The translations under genes and the position numbers were made by a program. Below, one piece after another: positions 29,201 to 41,300 of a DNA stretch of 64,000 nucleotides; within the stretch, counting starts at the first letter, position 1; the number at the start of each line of letters is the position of its first letter. The notes under the pieces were generated by a model, which saw only the letters and a program-made list of their open reading frames with translations, was not told the DNA's origin and did not search any database. Where the stretch lies: positions 129,537,227-129,601,226 of the forward strand of contig NC_068981.1 of assembly GCF_001194135.2 (NCBI RefSeq), read 5' to 3'. This DNA is from Octopus bimaculoides (taxonomy: Eukaryota).

Positions 29201-32200
29201 AGTATTTATGCTTGTTGGTTATCCCCAGTCAAACAGAATCAAAAAAACTTATGATCACAGAAATTCCAGCTATGAACATCAGTATTTTTCTTAGACACTG
29301 TATATAAGACTAGAATATCCAATGTCCGTTTTTAAAGTCAGTAGGGTGTAATTTGTGGGAAATTTTGTTGGCTCAAATAAACATTCATTGTTTACATGTA
29401 AACATTGTTTCACAATGGTAGATGGTATTTAGAATGATGCCACATGTTTCTGAGTTCATTTTCTTTCAAGGAAACCTCCTATATTATGATTAAATAAACA
29501 TTTGTAAAATACTGTAGTTAATTATGCTGAATATTAAAAAAAAAAAAATTTCCTGTGTGTTTCCCATCTTAGAAAAAGTACATTGTCATATCCCTGTGTT
29601 GTAAGAGACAAAAGGTTGGCATCAGAAAGGGCATCTGGTCATGAAACACTGCCTCAAAAAGGATCCTATAAGGAGTATAACATACAGGTGGGGTACAGCC
29701 CAAAGTAACCCATGGCAGTCCCCACCCTTTTTGTCAAAGCTAAAGGTCAAGAATCTGGCCATAACAGAGAAGAATTCAATCCATTTATGATGGCTAAGTG
29801 TCTGTTAATTTTACTTACTTTTGCTTCAAACTGCTGATTCATCATTTCCAGTTCTCGTTCTAAATCTTTTACTTGGACTTGGCTGGTTTCTAAGGTATTT
29901 TGAAGCTGAATAAACAAGCAAGAACAATTTTGATATTTTCAACTTCAAAAAATGAAGGAGCAAACTGTTATTCTTTTTCTTTTTAGCTGTTTATAAGCAA
30001 TATTTCCATGATGCAGTCTTCTAACATTTCTATTTAATAATAACCAATATGTTGGTTTGTTGATTTCTCCAGCCACACTTTACATCATATAGAGAGAGGG
30101 GGGAAAGAGTATGAAAGAGTGATAGAGAGAGAGTTAACATAAGAAATGCAGAATGAGTGCACATATTAGGTTTGGTGGCAGGCAATGAATAAAGGAATGC
30201 TCCCCACTACGCAATGAATGAAAATAACCAAGATAGAAGAAGAGGAGAGGAGTAAATGACAGTAGTTATGGAAGGAATTATATTGAAGAGAATGATGGAT
30301 GTGTACATACACTCATGCATGTATGAAATAAAAGACCAAACTGGTTGTGTGATTGACTAACAATTTAAAAAACCTAAATAGCACATATACATGTAGTGTA
30401 TATAACTTGATATACACAGTATTGGGGAAAATACATTTTTGCTTTATTTCATAGTTTATATTCACAAAGTTAAATAATAATAAAAAAATGGAGACCAACT
30501 TACTCTCCATATTGATTTTATATTATGGAAGTTCACAAACACACATTCACTCTTTCTCTTACACAAACACAAGAAATTGATGGCTGCTTTAGAAAAATAC
30601 AGTGATCTTTTGTTTTAAGAATATATAACTGTGGGATTGTAAAAATAAATAAAATATAGCCAAGAATGTACAAAAACTGGAAAATGCATTTGCATCTCAC
30701 AGAACATATAACAGTAATGGTAAACATTATTAATTAAATAACTTTACAATAAGTCTCAAACCTTGTCAGTTTGTTGTTTCACCTCATTCAAGGATTGTTC
30801 TTTCTTATGCAACTGACCCTGCATATCGGTACGCATTTCTGCCAGTTGGGTTTGAAGTGAAGAAATTTCTGAATTCCGTTCTTCAACAGTTTTCTCTAAC
30901 TGAAAGACAAGTAAATAAGATAATAATAATGATTTTAAGTTAATCTAGGTAGTAAAAGACCATGCAGTTATTAATTAATATAAGGTAAAATTGAATCTAG
31001 GGTGCAGGCATAGCTGCGTGGTTAAGAAGTTTGCTTTACAACCACATGTGCCTGGGTTCGATTTCATTGAATGCATGCCTGTTGCTAAGGGGATGTATTG
31101 GGTGTGACTGCCCCCTCAGATTTAGAAAATACAGTTTACAAAAATCTTCCTGCAATACAAATTAGTGATCACCTATAATATTCTGAACCACCCCCAGACA
31201 CCAAAGTCTGGTGACAGGTTTGATCACATGGCACTTTAGGCAGACATCTTAACTGTTTTGGCTTCACTAATAGTTTTGTAGTGAAACTACCTCCCGCCAT
31301 TAGATACAAAACTGCTATCGCCATTCTTCTCATTTAAATATAAACAAACGCGAACGTAGGGGAAAACACCAGCCTTGTCATCACGTGACTGATTATTATT
31401 TGAAGCGGCAAATTCTTCGAACCTTTCCTGCCAGAACGCAAACTGACCAATCACGGTCCCTAATAAGGTCACGTGATAGAGTATTAAACTGAAGCCATCG
31501 GGAGCCAATAGTTTTGTTATAAATAGCTTTAACTTGGCGGCCAAATTTGTCTCGGTCCAGTTTCTCTTTGAGACTGTTNNNNNNNNNNNNNNNNNNNNNN
31601 NNNNNNNNNNNNNNNNNNNNNNNNNNNNNNNNNNNNNNNNNNNNNNNNNNNNNNNNNNNNNNNNNNNNNNNNNNNNNNNNNNNNNNNNNNNNNNNNNNNN
31701 NNNNNNNNNNNNNNNNNNNNNNNNNNNNNNNNNNNNNNNNNNNNNNNNNNNNNNNNNNNNNNNNNNNNNNNNNNNNNNNNNNNNNNNNNNNNNNNNNNNN
31801 NNNNNNNNNNNNNNNNNNNNNNNNNNNNNNNNNNNNNNNNNNNNNNNNNNNNNNNNNNNNNNNNNNNNNNNNNNNNNNNNNNNNNNNNNNNNNNNNNNNN
31901 NNNNNNNNNNNNNNNNNNNNNNNNNNNNNNNNNNNNNNNNNNNNNNNNNNNNNNNNNNNNNNNNNNNNNNNNNNNNNNNNNNNNNNNNNNNNNAACATCT
32001 GTATAACAAGAATCACGGCCCGGCATCGATGCCACGACATCACAACTAGTGATCAGCTCTGCCACACTCAGCCAACTCACTTCACATACAGATTCATATT
32101 ATTGTGTACCCAAGAACTGGTATAATTGCTCACGTGTCATTTACTGACTCTCTATTTGCTGTAATATTTCACATACACATACATGTATCACTCACATACA

Positions 32201-35200
32201 TACTTTTCTTTGTACGACGGCCTGTCTTTGATTATGTTATTATATGTCGCATTCACACTCACACATAGACATACATCTTTAACGCTACAATAAATATCTC
32301 TGTTATTCATCTTATACGGTTGTGGTCTTTCATTACTGGTCACATATGTTATCGTCGTATAACATATCAAGTATATCATCCATTGATATATATATTGTGT
32401 GTTCGACCGTGTGACGCGTTTAAATAAAAGGAGTCCTCTGTTTTTCCATTCGTCACCATTTCTCCTTTTTTCGAGTTCGCACGGTCGTCCCTTACAGTTT
32501 GTAAGCAAAATCTGCTAGACATCCACTTTCCACTTCCAAACTACATCCACTTTCCAAACTTACATGGGCTGGATAGGTCAACACAATTTGAGTAATTTAT
32601 TATTTGGAGTTATTGCCCTCCTAACTGGGTTGGAGGTTCACATTTTGTGTGTTCATTTCAATTTTGGTACGATTTATGTGGTTGAATGCCTATCCTAACA
32701 CCAACCATTTTACAGTGTACTGGGTGTATTCTATTATGGCACCATCACTAGAGATGTTGTACACACACACATGATTACATCAGCACAGAATGAGAACTGA
32801 TATATTTGAGTGGGACATCTGACTCAATTATTTTTTCTAAGGCCAATGTCCATTTTGCACCTTATGATCATGAGAAAAATGAAAATATTGAGGTAGGGAT
32901 AATCAACTAAGAAACTCTTTAAAGTAATGCCCCAGTATGACAGTAGTCCAATGATTGAAACCAGTTAGAGAAAGAGAATCCATGCTGCAAATAAAATTTT
33001 TTCTAGAATCACAATAGGAGAAAATACTTGGTAATAATGAAGTGAAAGTCTTTTGCAATGGAGTCCCTGGAAATGTTGTCACACAACAGAACTATGTGGA
33101 TTTAGCTGAAAGAATGAACTTTACAGCATCTAATATGAGAGGATCAGGCAGACTTTTCAGTTATCAAGGTCATTTAGGTCTCCATAAACACACAAAATTA
33201 GAAGTTGATGTTGTTTAACCTTTAAGTGATCTTTCTGATCTCAAAGACTGGATCTAGTTTGTTTGGTTGCCAGCATTTCAAAAATTAAAGTTTATCAAAA
33301 ATTTTTTAATTGGGCACAGTAATATACTTTTCCAAGCTGAATTGTTAGAGTTATTTCACATTTGCCAGAAATATGTTTTTAAAAAGTTATAGCGGTTTAA
33401 AGTTTGATCATTTTCACCCAGTCAGGAAACAGTATTTGGAAGCTGTCATTTTGTGCTTGACTGTACATTTTGTCATAAACATCTGGAAAATAGCACGTGT
33501 TGTCAAGAAAGAGTAAACAACACATCTTTTGTAGTTTTAAGCATTGCGATAGCACGAACTTAAAAGATTTATCCAAAAACGTAATTTAACTGTTATTTTT
33601 AACCACCTCAATGACAAAAAGAAATGAGTAAACAGTTTTAAGCATTCAACATGCATTTAATGAAAATCTGATAACACGTTACATGCCATAAACACATTTA
33701 CAATTTTTCCCATGGTTTCAATCTTTAACAGAAAAGATTTGGAAGAATTAGATGAAAGTTCTCCAGTAATTTTCTTTCATGTAAATAAATGTTTAAGTTA
33801 ATTTTAAAATTTGCCAGTGAAATCTTATAAAATGACAATGTTCTAAAAAGATGTATATGTTTATATGTTATATATGAAAATAAAAGAGTGAACAAAATAT
33901 GCTTAAAAAACAAACATTTAAGCAACACATTTACAAAATATTTTTAAAATTAAAAATGAAAGTTAGCAATACACTCAATCAATTTCTCAAACAAACCACA
34001 ATTTTTGAATCTTCTGCTCCACATAAATTCACCATAGAATGGTGACTGCCACAGTGTCGTTTATTACCTCACTTCACAGAGCCCCATGCACTCTCCACTT
34101 GTTGGGTGTAGGTACCATCTTTCAGGTTAATACTGTGGTTCACAGTTCTATGCTCAAAATTGTAACCATCAATTTCAGGAATGTGAGAGTACACCCACCA
34201 CAAATTGCTGAAAATTGTGGTTGCTGGAAGAATCGAGTGATGTATGCATTCTTCCAGTATGTCACGATTCCAACATGGCACTGCATACAGAAAAATCTGT
34301 CTGGTCTTGCGACACACTTCTGTAAACCTAATGCTCAAATAGGACCCTTTCTTGGTTGTACTTACATCTTGAGAAAACTGTTTTGTTGATCTTAACAATC
34401 TTCCCAGGTCCACCAACTTGAATTGGATGACTGAGCAAGTCCTCCACACATATTTCTCTGATATAGTTGTTATAATCAATGGCTGTGCTACAGCTCATCC
34501 CCAGTTCCTCAATACAAAACTAGACTGAAGTCAATTCCTTAACCCATGAGTAAAGGAAGAGTACCACAGACCTAAGAGGAAGGGTACCACCTTCAAAACA
34601 TGTGTCTTTCTCGCAGACAAAAGAGTTCTCATGTTCCGCTTGTTACTATGGAAACAGGCATGAATGTGTCTGTGGTTTACGATTAGCTAAAATTACCAAA
34701 ATTTTCAAACTTTAATTGCTAATAACTCTTTATTTATTGATTTATAGGGAAAATGATTTTCATGTAATTCATTAGCCTATAAGGGTGTATCATTACACTG
34801 AATATGAAATCAATTTGAACACAACTAATGCTGGCAACCAAACAGACTAGATCCCAAAGACCTATAACCAAAGGTATTCCAGCCTCAAGAATCTCATCTG
34901 TGTTTTTCAGACACAGTATATCTTATCAAGTAGAGGTGCAATGGCCCAGTGGTTAGGGCAGCGGACTCGCAGTTTCGATTCCCAGATCGAGCGTTGTGAG
35001 TGTTTATTGACCGAAAACACCTAAAAGCTCCACGAGGCTCCGGCAGGGGATGGTGGCAAACCCAGCTGTACTCTTTCACCACAACTTTCTCTCACTCTTA
35101 CTTCCTGTTTCTGTTGTGCCTGTAATTCAAAGGGTCAGCCTTGTCACACTCTGTGTCACGCTGAATCTCCCCCGCCTGAGAACTATGTTAAGGGTACACG

Positions 35201-35300
35201 TGTCTGAGGAGTGCTCAGCCACTTACACGTTAATTTCACGAGCAGGCTGTTCCGTTGATCGGATCAAGTGGAACCCTCGACGTCGTAAGCGATGGAGTGC

Positions 35301-35332
<32 letters not shown>

Positions 35333-38300
35333 TTATCTAATGTGTTCTACTTTTATTAAATCAACAGAGGAAAATTTAGTGAGTTGTTGTTGTTTAGCCC
35401 CAGACCGACCCCAACTGAGCAGACCTTTGATCAAAGCAAAGGCATTTTAGCCATGACCAACCTGGATTTTTCTTCCAGACAAAGTAGATCTAGAATTACA
35501 TTTTCCAATGTTTCCTTCCTTTTTGAACACATTATGGTGCGATTTAAGGTTAACTTGTACAAGATTTGGGAAGTTTTGTTGTAAGGTGAAAAAAACAAAC
35601 AAAACAAAAAAACAACACATCTGCACTTAACTCGAACTTCTGACCAATTGTCTGTAACTATCTTAAACATATTGTATAACATGTTGTCCAATTTAACATC
35701 CCCATCTAAACCTGTTCCTTGTGTGCCTTAAGTAGGGTTCACTCTATTTTAAGTATCCAGACCACGCATTTTTTGTAAAGACACTGGCCTGCAAACATTG
35801 TCAAAGATCAGCTAGATAAGTCTGTGAGAGTCTGCAAATATCATGGATATTGTTGCTTCTCACATGACTTATAAAAATTTATTTACAGCAAGAAAAAAAA
35901 AAGTTATTACATTTTCTCAAGACAAGTCCCTACGAAAAATAAAGTATAAAGACAAACATTTTATGCTTTATGACAAGTACAAATGATTTACCTTTACAAT
36001 CCGTTCATTAGTTTCTACTAATTTGGTTTCCTTCTCCTCTAATAATTGTTCTAAAGATGATGTTTTTCCTGCTTTACCATCAAGGTGGCAATGTAGCTCA
36101 TTGATTTTATTGGAATGCTCCAGAGACATATCTTGATATTTTTTACAATCTTCTTTTAACTGGAACGATGAAGAGACACAAATGACATTGTTATTTTGGT
36201 GAAATACTAATTGAAGAAATAACCATCTTTGTAGTGGTTTCTATCTTTGTATTTTTTTTTTATATCTGTGACTGGGTTGCTTTTGAAAATTTTGATATAT
36301 GAATATGAATTGTAAGAATGTTTCAATGCCTGTATACCTTATCTACATCAAAATTTTATTCAATTAATGGTCTTTGAATATAAATGCAAGGAATACAATA
36401 ACCTCTCAAATATAAATATAAATTTAATTTTAGCAAATGTGCAAATTGAGGGAAGACAACTTACAAACCTTGCTTATATGTACAAAAGAATGACTATAGA
36501 GTGGTTGGACCCAAATTAGTTTAACACTTTAATCCCATCTTGTTTATCATAGTCCTCCAGGCCATAACAGAGGAATTTAAGACTGGCTGCCCTTGGAAGC
36601 TCCTCTATGCTGATGACCTTGTTGTATTGCTGAATCACTACCAGAACTAGAGAAGAAATTTCAGGTGTGGAAGCAAAGTATAGACTTAAAGAGCCTTAGA
36701 ATTAACTTAGCAAAGACCAAAGTCCTGGTAAGAAAGCAGACAAATCAGAAATCCCTTCAAGGAGATAGCCCTGCTCAATATGTGTCAGTAGAAGCTCCAT
36801 ATGGTGTACCCAGTGCAAGCTATGGATACATAAGAGGTGCAGCAATATCAGAGGAAGGTTAACAGATGTGTACTTGCACATCTGTATGTCGCAGATGTGC
36901 AAGTACAATAAACATAGGAATGTACAGAAAACAGACACCTTCAATGTCTAGATTGGAGAGGGAGGATCTTTAGAAGTAATAGATAGTTTCTATTACTTAG
37001 GCAGCCAAGTTAGCAGTGGGGAATGAAGCTCTGAAAGTGTAGTTAGCAAAATAATTTTAATATTTTACAAAAACCCACTAAGAGGAACCAAATAGAGTCA
37101 GAAAGGGTTGTGAAGTACTGTTACAACAAAGAACTAATAACAGAAACTAAATTTTTTCTTCCTTATTATTAACAGTTAACATTAATAAATCATTATATGA
37201 AGAAAGTAATTATAATAAAAGAAAGAAAAATTAACTTACTTGTTGATTATCTAGATTTAATTTTGTACAATCATCCTCTTTCTCTTCAAGTTTTTGTTGA
37301 AGTTCTCCCAATTGATTTTTGTGAGATACTAATTCTGACTCTAGCTGAGACAGACTTTTACTGTGTTCATCATGTTTCTGCTGGTAGTATTTTAATTCTT
37401 CTTCAAACTTAAAAAAAAGAAGTATACATATATGTATTAATGTTTGTATTATGTGTGTGTTTAACTAAACAATTAAGACTGTAACATGTCCAGAGTTGTC
37501 ACCATACTACCAAAGATCAGATTCACTCCCACTACATTCTATTTTTGATTAACCTCTTAACATATTATCCCATATATTTTTGTTCAGAGATGTCTAGTAA
37601 ATATATATTTGAACAAAAATATATGTTCACAGTACTCTGAGGTATTTGTCACTTATTTCTAACCCAAAATACTTCGTTCATGATGTTATTCCCATTTTCA
37701 ATCACTAACTATCAGTAACTATCATTTCTATCAGTAACGTCATAATAAATCATAACTGATCCAAAATAATTTGTGTACTTATTCTTCCTTAAATACAGAT
37801 TCCAAATAAATAATAAAAAAAGATGATATTTTTGGCATGGAAATTGAAAAAAAATATTCTTGTTAAGAGGTTAATTTCAAATAATTTAAATACACACATC
37901 TCCCCTACCGTTCTTGAATTGAACTGAAAAATTTTATAATCATATCAGCCTGAAATGTAAAGTGAGCAAACATTCCTGAGGTAGATGTAAGCTTCAAAAG
38001 AACAGTCTCTTTTTTAAGCTGAATCGATATTTACTTACATATATGCCCTTTTCTCACAGATAGATATCTAAGACAAACAGACAAAACAAGCTTTTATGCC
38101 TGCTCAAAAGAACAAGTCAGAAGTGTTGTGTGATACTGTAATACAGTATAAAACTTTCCAAAATTTATGACTTATCTCTTTAGGGAATAAATAACTCATA
38201 AATATCATTTGCATGAAAAATAATAGTTAAGTTAATGTTAACACATTTAATGATGGAAGCATGAAAAAGTTAACTAAAACCAATTATGTATTGTCAAAAC

Positions 38301-41300
38301 AGTCAATTATCAATGTTAATTTAATTAGGCCTATAAATATGGGAGACAATTTCAGGCATAAGTTTCACCATATTTATTGAACTAGTAATAGAAGAATCAC
38401 TAATAAAAATTGTACATTGGCTGATGAAGGAAATATATTAGTCAATGACTGGTATAATTTTTCTACACTGTTATCTCTCAACTGGTTTCCAATGCTTTTA
38501 TTATCTTTTTCAATACATTAATTTGCACATACTCTCATACACATAATTTTACACATGCACGTGCGTGCGCGGGAACGCACACACACATATACTATTTCAT
38601 GTATTATAGGGAACAAATCATTACTTCTATTGAAGCTGCGTAGGAAAACACATGCACACATGTGAGCACACTCATGTCAAGCTTAACTTACTTTTGTTTT
38701 CTCATTCTTGATTTCTAAAATCGAATTATTTTTCTTCTCTACTTGTAGTTCTAGTTGATGAATTGCACTCTGTTTTGAATTCAATTCCGAATGAAGACTG
38801 GAAATATAAAGAAGTTTACAATTATGTTACAATTTATTACAAACTGTAACATAATTGTAATATATAACATCATCATCATCATCATTGTCGTTTAACATCC
38901 GCTTTCCATGCTAGCATGGGTTGGACGATTTGACTGAGGACTGGTGAACCGGATGGCTGCACCAGGCTCCAATCTGATCTGGCAGAATTTCTACAGCTGG
39001 ATGCCCTTCTTAACGCTAACCACTCCGAGAGTGTAGTGGGTGCTTTTACGTGCAACTGGCATGAGAGCCAGTCAGGCGGTACTGGCAACGACCACACTCA
39101 AAATGTTTTTTATGTGCCACCTGCACAGGAGCCAGTCCAGTGGCACTAGCAACAACCTCACTCGACCTTGCTCAAATGATTTTCTAACATGCCAGTATGG
39201 CGACGCTGGTAACGATCACACTCAAATGGTGCTATATACAGGCCACTAGCATGGAAGCCAGACAGCTGCTCTGGCAATGATCACACTCAGACAGTGCTGT
39301 TAGTGCTCCACTGGCACAGGTGCCAGTCATCAAATATGGTTCAATTACGATTTCGATTTCACTTGCCCCAACAGGTCTTGCCCCTTCAGTGTCCAATGAA
39401 GGAGAGGTTGGCATGAGTGCCAGTTGTCGAAGTTGGTTCAATTTCGATTTCAAATTCACTTGCCTCAACAGGTCTTCGCAAGCAGAGTTTAGTGTCCAAT
39501 GAAGTAAAGATACGAATGAGTGAGCTGGCTACACTTCTGGCAGAGGCTACAGATTATGCTCTCATAATAATAATGTATATATAATATTTCAAGACAAAAC
39601 ACATAGCAATTCTGTCTTGATTCCAAATCCTAATTTTTCTAGAATTGGTTGTCATTTCTCCTTTAAGAATGAAAATAATAATAATAATAATAAAAAAAGA
39701 CAACATAATGAGATTAATTCAGTTGACTACATACACCTGTGTCTAAAAAATTGGCTGCTCTGAGCCTCATCAAAAAAAATCAATTATTACATTAAAATGT
39801 GAATGGAAAGAATACACAAATGGATCAGGTATTTTATAATCACAAATTTCTACAAATTCCAACATTCTATTCTATTTAAATTGTTGAAATAAGTACTTAT
39901 ATTATTCTGAGGTAAAATCAACAAACTATATTTTCCCTTTTAAGATGATGATGATGATGATTATTATTATTATTATTATTATTGCAGTGAGCTGGCAGAA
40001 TCGTTAGCATGCTAGATGAAATGCTTAGTGGTATTTGACCTGTCACTTTGTTCTGAGTTCAAATTCTGCCAAGGTTGACTTTGCCTTGCATCCTTTCAGG
40101 GTCGATAAATTAAGTACCTGTGAAACACTGGAGTCAATGTAATCAACTAGTCTCCTCCCCTGAACTTACTGGCCTTGTGCCAAAATTTGAAACCATTATC
40201 ATTATTAGTCGACTTTGCCTTTCATCCTTTTGCAGTCAATAAATTAAGTACCAGTGAGACACTGGGGTCGATGTAATCGGCTAGTCCCCTCCCACCAAAT
40301 TTCAGGCCTTGTGCCTATAGTAGAAAGGATTATTATATTATTATTATTATTATTATTATAAGTTATCTCTTAAAATAAAAATGAAGAATAACATTGTGTA
40401 ACACGATTTTTGTTCTTTGGTAGTAACTGTTATTTCCTATTTGCTTAGCCCTACAAAGTATGAAAAATGGCTAATATTTCCTTCAAACTTTGCTTTTGTA
40501 ATGATATTTATTCAAATCCAGAGAATCTCTCTCAACACATAGCTGTAATGTTCCCCCACTACTCCTGCTCATGATCAATGATGCACATATTATCAGCTGC
40601 TAAGGGACATGCTCCAGTGGTTAAGGACAAGCAACTGATAAGAAAATTCATGGTATTGAGCAGAATATTTGCTATAATGATATTTCTGCTTCAGTAACTC
40701 AACAGTGAATCTGTCTCAAACAAAATGGAAAACAGGTCAGTTTCAAAACATTGATGTCCAGGTCACTAAAGCAAAGTTTGAAAGGAATAGTAGTCATTTC
40801 CTTTAATTTCTAGATAGACAAATAGGAAATTATACATACTGACCGAAGACAAGAAGAAAAAATTGTTGCACAGTGCAATGTAAATGAAACTATATTTTGT
40901 CAAATGGAAAAATAACGTCATTCTCTCAATTCCAATTAAATCTAATAAGTCATTTTGTGATTGCTAGGACTCTCCTTTATTATATTACCTGATTAAGCAA
41001 CTTTGAGCAACCCTAGATTTATAAGCTCATTTTCAATCATAAATTTCAAGAAATTATCTGAACCATTTCTATTTTTTAAAGTTTTTGGTGTAGTTGAAAA
41101 GTGACAAAATTAGGAGGAAAATAACAAAATAAAGAGAAAAAAAAAACAACTTTATGACTTACTCAGAAAGATCTGCTGATTTTGGTAAAGAGTTTAATTG
41201 AGCTTCAAGATGTCCTACTTGTTTGAGAGTCCTAAAATGGTAAAATGTTGTAGTCCTAGAATTCATTCACATATGAAGACAAACAACAACTCATGCTTAA

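Noticed and set aside
31287-32125. Five ORFs of 171-240 aa
   Set aside because: Open only because they cross the N gap in the LTR; the same applies to ORFs at 20817-21078.
34934-34990. tRNA-like sequence
   Set aside because: SINE head with A/B boxes but no complete cloverleaf; continues into the SINE body.
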